Assembly (NCBI GenBank): GCA_049584615.1 | Contig: JBAUYE010000355.1 | Location: forward strand, 3,876-67,875 | Source of the DNA: Candidatus Sulfotelmatobacter sp. | GTDB taxonomy: Bacteria > Acidobacteriota > Terriglobia > Terriglobales > Acidobacteriaceae | Direction: 5' to 3' | Length of the DNA: 64,000 nucleotides | Part shown: one piece after another, positions 36,282 through 45,383 of the stretch | How positions within the stretch are numbered: the first letter of the stretch is position 1 | Layout: each line of letters opens with the position of its first letter | Notes under the pieces: model-generated | What the model saw: the letters and a program-made list of their open reading frames with translations, nothing else | Database searches by the model: none | What the model was told of the DNA's origin: nothing | Made by a program: the position numbers and the translations under genes

Positions 36282-37620
36282 TTACAACAGCTTGGCGCTG
36301 GAGGTTGCGGCGCTGGCGGCTTTGGCCATGCCACCATTCGAGGGCGAAGCCGTGGCGGGCTCGGGAGCAGGCAATTTCATGCACAGTTCCGCAGCCTCGG
36401 CGATGCTTCGGCATTCTTCCTGCTTCAACGTCAGCCAACTGTCAAAGGTGGCTTTCTCCCGGGCCACACCCTCGAGATTGCGGCCGATGCGGGCTGTGTA
36501 GTGCGCCCTGATGCTCTCCAGCTCCGCCTGAATTTGCAGGTTTTCTTCGGCCTTCCGTGCCCATTCCGCCTCGACCTGTTTCCTTTCCTCGGCTTCGTAG
36601 GAAATCCAGCGCATCGCGCCGGGCCTCGGCGTCGCGCAGCACTTCGTCGATGGGAACACCGGCCGCATCCAGAGCCATCAACAGAGCGACCCGCTTCATC
36701 TCCTTCGGTAACCCGCAGATGTGTGCGCTGTTCAGCATTTCGACAACCTTCTTAATGCTGTATCCCTTGCGCGGAAGCATGATGCCGGCCGCACGGTAGA
36801 TATCTTCCATGGCCAACAGCTCGACCTGGAAGTTCGGGACCTCTCGCGCCGAGGCACTTTTTTTCGGGGGTGGAGTGCCGGGTGAAGTGACCGCAGGCCT
36901 GAGATTTTCCTTCTCATCCTCAGCCTTGACGTTTTCGTCGGCACCTTGGTCGCCGCTTACACTGAGGCCTTCCGGCTTATTGCCCCAGGGTAGTTCGAGC
37001 CATTTGCGTTGCATAGGTTTCCTTTCCTTGCCAGCTTGCGCTCGTTTTGGGAGCTGTTTGGTCTTAAATTGAGTCCGTCGAAGCGCATTGAATTCGTCGA
37101 GCCGTGAAATGCGGCGTCTTTCGCTGTCGTCCATCTCGTAACCACTGCTGCGCGGAAGTGTTGCGAGCATTGCGCCCACAGGGGTCGCCGTAAGCGCTGG
37201 CGGCACAGTTTCTGCTTTCAGCACGACTAGCGGAATTTCTTTGGGCCCGGTCTCTTGCGCCTTCGGCAGATTTTCGGTTTTGACGGTAGAGGCCGTGGCC
37301 ACGTTCGCTACCGCACCCTTCGGCGCAGGGACATCCGCGGGGACAGGCTGGGTGGGGACCCGATCCTTCGTCGTGTCGCGCTGAATCCCCACCAGGTATT
37401 CCCTTCCCTCGCTGCGGCAGTATTTCGCGGTGCCGGAGAACTGCTCGAAGCGCCACTGAATTCGGACCTTTGATCCCACTCCGATTGGTATCTTGATCCG
37501 TATGCATGCGCCTCCGGTGGAGCGGTCTTCCATGCGTGCGGCAGCGGTTCTCGATGCTCCACCTTGGTCTTCCCACGACGCCTCCACCAGAGTCATCACT
37601 GGCATGCGGAACTCGGGCAT
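36282..37620 (-). pseudogene. PilZ-like N-terminal domain protein with an unknown helical C-terminal region, interrupted by a +1 frame change near 36600-36615
   Basis: Frame A (36442-37620) reads well up to ...GVPIDEVLRDAEARRDALD and then turns into Gly/Arg-rich nonsense. Frame B (36282-36614) continues sensibly as ISYEAEERKQVEAEWARKAEENLQIQAELESIRAHY... The N-terminus carries a DxSxxG-like DRSTGG motif. Confidence 0.6.
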
Positions 37621-37757
37621 AAACTGCGCTCATTCCAATCTATCGGCAAGAATTTAAATTAGTTCACAAGCGGGCGGGAGTCCCGATTTGGAGATGCAAC
37701 TTTATTTTCCCATTCCGGGTCGGTGGGTGGTCGGAAATGCTGTGGCGCGACCTCAGT

Positions 37758-40661
37758 CTAATTCCCTGGAAAAACTGCGTGCCTGGGTGCTGGCACGGGG
37801 GCGTCGCCCTTCTGATCCTGCCAGAGAACCTGGTTCAGAGCCGCAGCACCGGCTGCGTCGGGACGCGAGAAATCCATCTTCGACGATTCGCTCGCGCCCC
37901 GCGCGTCGCGCCGGTTGGTCTCATAGATAAGACCGTTGTTTAAATTGCGATGGTCCGCTTTGAATGCGGGCTGGTCGCCGGCGCCCGAGAACATTCGTCC
38001 CATCGCAGGAGCGTAGGCGTCGTTCTGGTTCATCGGGGGCAAGCCTAACAACATTTCCATGGTGTGAATCATGTTGACCGTGGTGTAGAAGCGGTGCTCG
38101 AGGTAAGGCTCGGCCGCGGTTCCTGGCGAATACTTGCTGACGGCGAAAGCGATGGAGCGGTGGGCGTCCACGTGGTCGCCGCCGTCTTGCGCGTCATCCT
38201 CGATGATGAAGATGGCAGTGTCATCCCAGTACGGGCTGTGGGAGACGGCATCGACGACGCGGCCCAATGCGAGATCGTTATCTGCCACCGAGGCCGCCGG
38301 TCGCGGGCGCTCGGGACGCGTGCCACCCGTATGGTCGTCAGGTAGATAGAGCAGGACGAATGCCGGCAACTGGAACTCGGCGCTTTCGTTTTCTTGGCGA
38401 GCCCGGGAATACGCTTCGAACTCGTTGAGAAATTCATCGGCGCGAAGCTGGTCAGGGTAGTCGGTGTTGAAATCTGGAAACAGCGGATCGAAGTGATCGC
38501 GCAGCACCGCCTTCGTGGGCTTGACGCCGTCGAACAAGGGCACCGTCCATGGGAACGGACTGGGTCCAGCATGAGGGTCGCCGACGTTCGGGGGCAGAGC
38601 ATCTCCCTGGTGAAGTTCGGTGCGCGGGCACGCGGCTTCCTGTGCTGACGGAGTTCCATGCTTCGGCGTGGCTGCCTTGCGAGTTTTATTGCACCACTTA
38701 GCGTTCACGAATTCGCCATAGTCGCGATAGGTCAGGCCATGGCGGGCAACGTTGTCCCAGAGGTAGCCGGTGGAGGGATCATCGATATCCGGCTGGTTGT
38801 GTTCGAGCGGATATTCATCGGCAACCGTGCCCTGGAAGTCATAGGTTCGTTCTTTGCCGCGATAGGCGATCTGCCAGGTTTTTTCGTTGTAATCGCTGGT
38901 GATGGCGGCAGTCGACCAGAGATGTCCGTCGCCGGAAACTTCTCCACTGTCGTAGAAATTGTCGAGCACGCCGAATTGCAGCGCCAGCTTGTGCTCGTTC
39001 GGCGTGATGTCGGCGCCATACATGGTGAGTGAAGGGTCGCCGTCGCCCACCGATTTGTCGCCCGATTTCAGATCGCCGAGGATCTGGTCGTAGGTGCGGT
39101 TTTCTTTGATGACATAGATGACGTGCTTGATGGGATTCTTGCCGCCGGCGAACTGGATCGTACCGGGGTCGTTATGCAGCAGGTTGTCGTGCTCGACGAC
39201 GCGAGTGAGTTCGTCGAGCTTGCCGAGCGTGGAGGGAATATTCAGCCGCGCGATCGAGCCACGCAGCAACGTCGGGATGTAGGGATGCTCGTGGTGGCGC
39301 ACCTCCCATGCAGTCTTGCCCGAGCCTTTGTTGGGGCGCGTGCCTTGTCCCTTGGCGGTGGCGATGAGGAGATCGTCGCCTTGCACCGCGAGGGCACTCG
39401 GGTACCAGTCGGTAGGGATGAAGCCGAGGGCTGTCAACCTGAGGACGGCGCCGGCAGCAGCGGCCTCGTGAGGATCAATGATCGGCCCTATGTTCGACGC
39501 ATCAGGGACGGCATGGGGATCAGCGATCGGTTGAACGTTGGATGTGTCAAAAACGGCGATCGCATTGGAGGAAGCGTCGGCGACAAATAGCCGCTTGCCA
39601 TCTTGAGATTGAGCCAGAGCGCTCGGGTATGTGCCGGCGTACTGCTGCGTGCGAACCGTGGTGTCGAGCGAGGCAAAATGGTCGCCTTTTTCGGTGGACA
39701 CTTCGGCGACGGCATCGGCATTTGACAAGGCGGCATAAAGAATTTCCTCATCCGTACTGAGCAGCATGGCGGTGGGATGCGAGCCGGGTGCGATGGGATC
39801 GTCAGGCTCTTTCACCTTGATCCAGCGGACGACCTTACCGCTATCCAAATCGAGTTCCGCGACTTGTGACGCATTCCACAAGCTGCACCAGGCGCGGTGA
39901 GCATCGCGCGTGGCTATGCATTCATAGGGGAACGAAGATGGCACCAGATCGCTCGTACTAAGGTCGAAGCGCTGCAGCACTTTGCCACTCGCGATATCGA
40001 GCAGCACCGCGTTGTCGGAAAGATTGTTGGCCACGAGAAGGCGGTCTTTGCTGTTAGCTCTGGAGGAAACCAGCGCCAATCCCGCGGGATAAGGAATCGC
40101 AGTTCCGGCGGGCGTTTTCTGTAAACCGATTGCGACTTTCTTGCCGGCGGCGAGCGACTGCGGGGCAATCGCGATGAATCTCTCGGGCGCGACCTTGCCG
40201 TTGGCGAAGCTGTAAACCGCGATGCCGTTGCCGGTGTCTCCCGGCTTCTCTCCTGTGGGGTCAGTGATTGAACCGACCGACGCGTAGAGATGCTTGCCAT
40301 CCGAGCCGAAGACTAAACCGAGGAAGTAGCTCTGGTGCACGTCTTCGCCGAAGCGCTTGTCGGGAAATTCGGTGATCTGATTCGTCTTCAGATCGAGCAC
40401 CGCGATCGACTGCATCGCCATGGTTTCCTGCGTGCCATACCCGTTGTTCAAGAGTGCGGCGAAGCGGCCATCCGGGCTGAGCGTGATGGTGGCGGGAAAG
40501 CTGTTGGTGCTGCCGATGCGGCCGGGGGTGGGAATCGTCAGCGTCTTGCTGGTGGGCAGCGGGATCGATGAGGTTTCGGGCGGGTGATCCTGCGCGAGGG
40601 AAAACGCAATCTGCACTGTGAGAAACGCGGCCAGGAGAGCAATACGGCAGAATCGAGTCAC
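37758..40661 (-). CDS. Secreted fusion protein: N-terminal beta-propeller (YncE/lactonase-like repeats) plus C-terminal phosphoesterase (PLC/AcpA family)
   Basis: The 967-aa ORF starts at GTG after GGAGG and has a signal peptide RIALLAAFLTVQIAFSLA. The phosphoesterase signature is IKHVIYVIKENRTYDQILGDL, with later IEDDAQDGGDHVDAHR. Confidence 0.85.
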   Translation of the reverse strand: MTRFCRIALLAAFLTVQIAFSLAQDHPPETSSIPLPTSKTLTIPTPGRIGSTNSFPATITLSPDGRFAALLNNGYGTQETMAMQSIAVLDLKTNQITEFPDKRFGEDVHQSYFLGLVFGSDGKHLYASVGSITDPTGEKPGDTGNGIAVYSFANGKVAPERFIAIAPQSLAAGKKVAIGLQKTPAGTAIPYPAGLALVSSRANSKDRLLVANNLSDNAVLLDIASGKVLQRFDLSTSDLVPSSFPYECIATRDAHRAWCSLWNASQVAELDLDSGKVVRWIKVKEPDDPIAPGSHPTAMLLSTDEEILYAALSNADAVAEVSTEKGDHFASLDTTVRTQQYAGTYPSALAQSQDGKRLFVADASSNAIAVFDTSNVQPIADPHAVPDASNIGPIIDPHEAAAAGAVLRLTALGFIPTDWYPSALAVQGDDLLIATAKGQGTRPNKGSGKTAWEVRHHEHPYIPTLLRGSIARLNIPSTLGKLDELTRVVEHDNLLHNDPGTIQFAGGKNPIKHVIYVIKENRTYDQILGDLKSGDKSVGDGDPSLTMYGADITPNEHKLALQFGVLDNFYDSGEVSGDGHLWSTAAITSDYNEKTWQIAYRGKERTYDFQGTVADEYPLEHNQPDIDDPSTGYLWDNVARHGLTYRDYGEFVNAKWCNKTRKAATPKHGTPSAQEAACPRTELHQGDALPPNVGDPHAGPSPFPWTVPLFDGVKPTKAVLRDHFDPLFPDFNTDYPDQLRADEFLNEFEAYSRARQENESAEFQLPAFVLLYLPDDHTGGTRPERPRPAASVADNDLALGRVVDAVSHSPYWDDTAIFIIEDDAQDGGDHVDAHRSIAFAVSKYSPGTAAEPYLEHRFYTTVNMIHTMEMLLGLPPMNQNDAYAPAMGRMFSGAGDQPAFKADHRNLNNGLIYETNRRDARGASESSKMDFSRPDAAGAAALNQVLWQDQKGDAPVPAPRHAVFPGN

Positions 40662-40811
40662 GGAGCCTCCGCGGGATTTGTCTGTAACAGGTGGAGAAAG
40701 ATGAGCCTAATTCAGGCAGTGCTCTGTGGTCAAAAAAGTCGCAGAGGCAAGGAAGGCAGCCGAGAGCCCTGTGATAGAAACGCCCTGCGACGCCGAACTA
40801 GCGACAGGGTG

Positions 40812-40905
40812 CAAGGGGTCCCCTTCGGCTTCGCTCAGGGCAGGCTTTCGACTCCGCGGACTGATTCGCTTTGCGAATCATTCCGCTCCGCTCAGGATGA
40901 CAGAG
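40812..40905. repeat. REP-like structured intergenic element between phoU and the phosphoesterase gene
   Basis: It contains the palindrome AAGGGGTCCCCTT and the hairpin GATTCGC-TTT-GCGAATC (40863-40879). The hairpin is flanked by direct CGCTCAGG copies (40832-40839 and 40889-40896). It begins 6 nt after the phoU stop on the transcribed strand. Confidence 0.5.
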
Positions 40906-40910
40906 CTTTC

Positions 40911-41627
40911 TTACACTCCGGAGGCGCGCGTCGGGGCTTCGTGAGGTTGCGAGTGCTCGGAGTGCTCATCCGTACTCGCATTGTGGCGGACGTCGGCGCC
41001 CTGGACCCAGAAGATGACATCCTCGGCGATGTTGGTGGCGTGGTCGGCGACGCGCTCCAGGTTGCGGGCCACCAGCAGTGCATCGAGAGCCTGCCGCACT
41101 ACTTCCGGGCGCTGGTTCATTGTCCTCACCAGCTGAATGAAGGCGTCGTCTTTCATGCGGTCCACAACGCTGTCCATTTCGAGCACGGCCTGGGCGAGTT
41201 CTGCCTTGCCTTCGATGAACGACTCCAGTGCCCGGCGCACCATGGCGCTTACCGCCGCGCCCATGCGTGCAATATCGACAGGCAAGTCTGCCGCAGGAAG
41301 CTCGACCATATCCATGACACGCTCGGCAATGTTGACCGCCTGGTCGCCAACGCGTTCGAGGTCAGAATTGATCTTGGTGACGGCGAGGATAAAGCGCAGG
41401 TCGACCGCCATGGGCTGTTGCATCGCCAGCAGGTCGAAGGCAGCCTCGTCAATCTCCCGCTCTGCGGTGTTGATAAGGGTCTCGCTTTCGAGAACCATCT
41501 GGCAGCGAGCGAGATCGCGATCGACATAGGCCTGACGGGCGCGATCCACCGCCTGTTCCGCCAGTCCGCCCATGCGGAGCAGCCTCTGGCGCAGATCGTC
41601 GAGCCCTTGCTGAAAACGCGTGCGCAT
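40911..41627 (-). CDS. phoU: Phosphate signalling complex protein PhoU
   Basis: There are two PhoU repeats, with DLARCQMVLESE..IN..EREIDE and the repeated E(D)RVGD motifs (LERVGDQAVNIAE and LERVADHATNIAE). Confidence 0.92.
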   Translation of the reverse strand: MRTRFQQGLDDLRQRLLRMGGLAEQAVDRARQAYVDRDLARCQMVLESETLINTAEREIDEAAFDLLAMQQPMAVDLRFILAVTKINSDLERVGDQAVNIAERVMDMVELPAADLPVDIARMGAAVSAMVRRALESFIEGKAELAQAVLEMDSVVDRMKDDAFIQLVRTMNQRPEVVRQALDALLVARNLERVADHATNIAEDVIFWVQGADVRHNASTDEHSEHSQPHEAPTRASGV

Positions 41628-41654
41628 TATACGAACCTTCCTTCTTAAGAAACC

Positions 41655-42413
41655 TTATCCAAATCTGCCCGTGATGTAGTCTTCCGTCTTCTTGTCCGCC
41701 GGCTTGGTGAAAATCTTTTCCGTTTTATCGAACTCAATCATCCGCCCGAGCAGGAAGAACCCGGTAAACTCGGCGACGCGGGCGGCCTGCTGCATATTGT
41801 GCGTGACAATCACTATCGTATACCGTTCTTTCAGCTGAAAGATCAACTCTTCGATCTTTCCGGTGGAGATGGGGTCGAGCGCGGAACAAGGCTCATCCAT
41901 CAGCAGCACTTCGGGCTCGACTGCCAGAGCGCGGGCAATGCAGAGCCGCTGCTGCTGGCCACCGGAAAGGCTGGCGCCCGACTTCTTGTGGACCTGATCC
42001 TTCACTTCGTCCCACAGCGCGGATACTTCCAGCGACCGCTCTACGATCTCGTCGAGTTTGCCGCGATCGTGAAAACCGTTCAGCTTCAATCCGGAAGCGA
42101 CATTGTCGTAGATCGACATGGTCGGGAATGGATTGGCTTTTTGAAACACCATGCCAACGCGCCTGCGAAGCTGGGTCGCTGAAGTGCCGTTGTAGGCGTT
42201 GATTTCGCCGATGTGCACACTTCCCGTCACCCGCGCCTCAGGAATGGTCTCATGCATGCGGTTCAGGCAGCGGATGAACGTCGACTTGCCGCAACCCGAG
42301 GGTCCAATCAGCGCCGTGGCGTGGTTCGCCGCCACCGTCAGCTTGACGTCATATAGCGCCTGGGTTTTGCCGTACCAGGCATTCAGGTTTTCGACCTGGA
42401 TTCCAACGCCCAT
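41655..42413 (-). CDS. pstB: Phosphate ABC transporter ATP-binding protein PstB
   Basis: Walker [10 protein letters not shown], the signature [14 protein letters not shown], Walker B LLMDEP, and the typical PstB N-terminus NLNAWYG are all present. Confidence 0.95.
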   Translation of the reverse strand: MGVGIQVENLNAWYGKTQALYDVKLTVAANHATALIGPSGCGKSTFIRCLNRMHETIPEARVTGSVHIGEINAYNGTSATQLRRRVGMVFQKANPFPTMSIYDNVASGLKLNGFHDRGKLDEIVERSLEVSALWDEVKDQVHKKSGASLSGGQQQRLCIARALAVEPEVLLMDEPCSALDPISTGKIEELIFQLKERYTIVIVTHNMQQAARVAEFTGFFLLGRMIEFDKTEKIFTKPADKKTEDYITGRFG

Positions 42414-42416
42414 AAA

Positions 42417-43301
42417 CTATGCCGCTCCGAAGGTACCACGGCGTACGGCGAAGCGCACGGCCGCGACTGAGGTTACGATGAGAACGATAAGCACGAACGC
42501 CCCCGCCCACGCCTGCCGGTGCCAGTCGTCGTAGGGCGAGAGGGCGTAGGCGTAGATCTGCAGCGGCAGCGCGGCGGTCGGCTCGTTGATCTTCAGATTC
42601 CAGAATTGATTCCCCAGCGTGGTGAAGAGCAGGGGCGCAGTCTCGCCCGCGACCCGGGCAAAGGCCAGCATAATTCCTGTAATCACGCCGGAGGTCGCGG
42701 TGCGCAGCGTGATGGAGAGCGTAGTGCGCCAGCGCGGAATCCCCAGCCCGTACGCGGCTTCGCGCAGGGCCTGCGGCACCAGCAGAAGCATCTCTTCCGT
42801 AGTGCGAGTAATCGTAGGAATCATCATGATGGCCAGAGCAACTCCGCCGGCCAACGCGGAGAAGTGTTTCTGGCTTAGAACGACGATCGCGTAAGCCACG
42901 ATGCCGATTACGATCGAGGGCACGCCGTTCAGAACGTCGGCGGTGAAGCGAATGACGTCGCCGAAACGGTTGCGGCCGTATTCCGCGAGGTAGATGCCCG
43001 CACCTACGCCCACCGGCACTCCCAGAATGCTGGCCAGTGCGAGGATGAAGCCGGAGCCCACAATGGCGTTGGCCATTCCGCCGCCAGATTCGCCCACGGG
43101 CTTCGGAGTCTGCGTGAGGAAGGCCCAGTTGATCGACCCGATGCCGCGGTAGACAAGGTAGGTGAAGATGGCAAACAAGGGCACGAGCACCAGGATGACC
43201 GTAAGCACGGCCACGCCGGTCATAACGTGGTCGGTGATGCGACGCCGCAAGGCGATAGGCGCGACGCTATGCAGCGCGGAAGCATGCGTGGTCTCAGGCA
43301 T
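42417..43301 (-). CDS. pstA: Phosphate ABC transporter permease PstA
   Basis: The polytopic protein has an EAA-loop region (EAAYGLGIPRWRTTLSITL). The ATG at 43301 overlaps the pstC stop by 8 nt. The track ORF is over-extended to 43394. Confidence 0.9.
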   Translation of the reverse strand: MPETTHASALHSVAPIALRRRITDHVMTGVAVLTVILVLVPLFAIFTYLVYRGIGSINWAFLTQTPKPVGESGGGMANAIVGSGFILALASILGVPVGVGAGIYLAEYGRNRFGDVIRFTADVLNGVPSIVIGIVAYAIVVLSQKHFSALAGGVALAIMMIPTITRTTEEMLLLVPQALREAAYGLGIPRWRTTLSITLRTATSGVITGIMLAFARVAGETAPLLFTTLGNQFWNLKINEPTAALPLQIYAYALSPYDDWHRQAWAGAFVLIVLIVTSVAAVRFAVRRGTFGAA

Positions 43302-44334
43302 TGGCCCTCGAAGGCTGGCCGCGGGTGACGGTCCATACGAGCAGTCGTGCCAGCGCGTTGACCACGATCGTAACCAGGAACAGAGCCAGGCCAATCTCGA
43401 TCAGCGCCGACAGGTAGACATCGCCTGTGGCTTCGCTGAACTCGTTGGCCAATACACTGGCCATGGTGTAGCCCGGCGCAAACAGCGACTTCGCAATCTC
43501 CGGCCGGTTGCCGATCACCATGGTCACGGCCATGGTTTCTCCCAAAGCGCGACCCAGGCCCAGAATGATGCCGCCCATGATGCCGGCACGCGCATTGCGC
43601 AGCACTCCGACACGAATCATTTCCCAGCGCGTGGCGCCAAGGGCGAGCGCGGCCTCCCGCTGGTGCTGCGGCACCACCATCAACACTTCACGCGTGATCG
43701 AAGAAATGATGGGGATAATCATGATGGCCAGGATGATTCCGGCTGCCAGCATGCTCAGGCCGTAGAACGGCCCCTTGAACAACCCACTCCATCCCAGCGT
43801 TCGGCCCAAGAGCGGTCCGACGTAATTGGTGAGTATGGGTATGAGCACAAAGAAGGCCCACAGGCCGTAGACCACGCTCGGAATGGCGGCCAGCAACTCC
43901 ACAAAGAACGAGAGCGGGCCGCGCAGCGCCTTGGGACACATCTCGGTGGTGAATACCGCAACTCCGATCGATAGCGGCACGGCGATGAGCAGAGCGATGA
44001 ACGAAGAGACCAGGGTTCCGTAGATAAACGGCATGGCGCCGAATTGTTCGTTCACCGGATCCCAGTCATGCCCGGCGAAGAACTTGAATCCGAAGGCATG
44101 CCAGGAAGGCCCGGAGCGCAGCGTCAACTCATAGACAATCAGCGCGAGCGTTCCGAGCACTGCCACGCCGCACAGCAGCATGGCGACTTTAAACACCCGG
44201 TCACCGATTTCGCCGCGGCTCCCACGAAGAAAAGGTTCGGCTCGCCGTCCCGCTGGAGGGAGGTCACTAACCTTCGTCGCTTCAACAGGTTGCGGAGCGG
44301 GCATATCGGGCCGAGGTAATGCAGAAAAGGCCAT
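43294..44334 (-). CDS. pstC: Phosphate ABC transporter permease PstC
   Basis: The polytopic protein has an EAA-loop (REAALALGATRWEMI). It is the first gene of the pstCAB-phoU string. Confidence 0.9.
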   Translation of the reverse strand: MAFSALPRPDMPAPQPVEATKVSDLPPAGRRAEPFLRGSRGEIGDRVFKVAMLLCGVAVLGTLALIVYELTLRSGPSWHAFGFKFFAGHDWDPVNEQFGAMPFIYGTLVSSFIALLIAVPLSIGVAVFTTEMCPKALRGPLSFFVELLAAIPSVVYGLWAFFVLIPILTNYVGPLLGRTLGWSGLFKGPFYGLSMLAAGIILAIMIIPIISSITREVLMVVPQHQREAALALGATRWEMIRVGVLRNARAGIMGGIILGLGRALGETMAVTMVIGNRPEIAKSLFAPGYTMASVLANEFSEATGDVYLSALIEIGLALFLVTIVVNALARLLVWTVTRGQPSRANA

Positions 44335-44354
44335 GCTTGCCTCACGCTAGCAGA

Positions 44355-44377
44355 ATCCTGTTAACAGGATGTTAAAA
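44355..44377. promoter_or_regulatory. Perfect 16-bp palindrome ATCCTGTTAACAGGAT overlapping phased hexamers TTAACA-N5-TTAAAA, in the pstC/CHAD divergent region
   Basis: The palindrome spans 44355-44370. TTAACA lies at 44361-44366 and TTAAAA at 44372-44377, a centre-to-centre spacing of 11 bp. The element lies 21 nt upstream of the pstC ATG. Confidence 0.35.
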
Positions 44378-44453
44378 TCAGGAGGTTTTCAGGTTGCCTT
44401 TTCCCCCGCAAGCCTGTATTTTCATCTCCCGGTTCGATTGTCTTTTCTACGCT

Positions 44454-45299
44454 ATGCCGATCGCGCCAAAGCGCAGCCGTGTGGTTTTTCAGAAGCTTGA
44501 GCAGGACTTGGTCAAGCTTTCCTCGAAACCTCGCGCGGAGAGCGTGCACCGTTTCCGCACTGGCACGCGCCGTCTTCAAATTCTGCTGGGCGAGCTCTCG
44601 CCCAGGATGGACCGCAATCAGAAAAAGCTTCTGAAATTGCTGGGCGGGATTCGCAAACGCGCCGGCAAGGTGCGCGACCTGGACGTGCAGTTAGCCGCTT
44701 TGCGCAGCTTGAAGATCCCGCAGGAACCGCGCCGGAAAACTCTGCTCGTAAACCGTCTGATCGAACTGCGGGCACAGCAGGAAAAGAAGCTGCGCAAAGC
44801 AGTCGATAAAGACACTGTCCGTGAGATTCGCAAACGACTGAAGCGCGCCGGAAAGAACTTCAATCCTGAAGCGAGCAGCGACCCTTTGGCAGTCGCCACA
44901 GGAATGCTGGAAGGGATCAACCGCGGAGACGCACCCGTCACCGAGGCGCTGCTGCACCAGTACAGAATCGTGAGCAAGCGCGCACGCTATGCAGCCGAGT
45001 TCGCCGAGCCGTCGGCGAAAGCGCAACAGTTCATCACGGGAGTGAAGCGCATTCAAGACGCGTTGGGAGATTGGCATGACTGGTTGACGCTGACGCAAAG
45101 CGCATCCGAGGATCTCGGCGACGTCCGGGAGTCGCCTCTGGTGGCGGAACTGCACAACGTAACCGGAGCAAAATTCCGCCATGCGGTTGCAGTGCTCTCG
45201 CCGATGCGCGCCAAGCCAGTTCCCGCTCCCGAACCCCCTGCCCAACCACTCGCGCGAGCCAAAGCAAAGCCAACGCGCCCAGCGACTTCGGCGGCGTGA
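44454..45299 (+). CDS. CHAD domain-containing protein (polyphosphate-granule-associated family)
   Basis: CHAD-type helices have conserved His/Arg (ESVHRFRTGTRRLQILL, VRDLDVQL, LHQYRIVSKRARYAAEF, IQDALGDWHDW). The start is ATG 44454. The track ORF is over-extended to 44394. Confidence 0.8.
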   Translation: MPIAPKRSRVVFQKLEQDLVKLSSKPRAESVHRFRTGTRRLQILLGELSPRMDRNQKKLLKLLGGIRKRAGKVRDLDVQLAALRSLKIPQEPRRKTLLVNRLIELRAQQEKKLRKAVDKDTVREIRKRLKRAGKNFNPEASSDPLAVATGMLEGINRGDAPVTEALLHQYRIVSKRARYAAEFAEPSAKAQQFITGVKRIQDALGDWHDWLTLTQSASEDLGDVRESPLVAELHNVTGAKFRHAVAVLSPMRAKPVPAPEPPAQPLARAKAKPTRPATSAA

Positions 45300-45383
45300 A
45301 GGAACCGCTTTAAGAGAGACCTGCCCGGATCCAAGCCCGGATGACCGGGCGGCAGTTCGCATGTAAACTGTTGGCCTTCACTC

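Noticed and set aside
35993-36511. The ORFs at 35993-36208 (minus) and 36080-36511 / 36163-36501 / 36228-36755 (plus), in or across the 35950-36281 gap.
   Set aside because: Their translations are Arg/Pro/Gly/Trp-rich with no motifs. The plus-strand ORFs are antisense to the well-behaved C-terminal frame of the PilZ-like gene. The minus-strand ORF lacks any start context.
36282-36668. The 128-aa ORF treated as an independent gene overlapping the end of the PilZ-like ORF.
   Set aside because: Its first ~18 residues are an alternative-frame reading of the upstream gene. A ~170-nt same-strand overlap is implausible, and the upstream frame degenerates into nonsense exactly where this frame becomes sensible. 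It is interpreted as one frameshifted gene.
40584-41648. A 354-aa plus-strand ORF covering the phoU region.
   Set aside because: It is antisense to a clearly recognisable phoU. Its N-terminal part is a translation of the REP-like element (GFAQGRL...SAQDD), and the rest is Arg/His/Gly-rich, as is typical of wrong-strand ORFs in high-G+C DNA.
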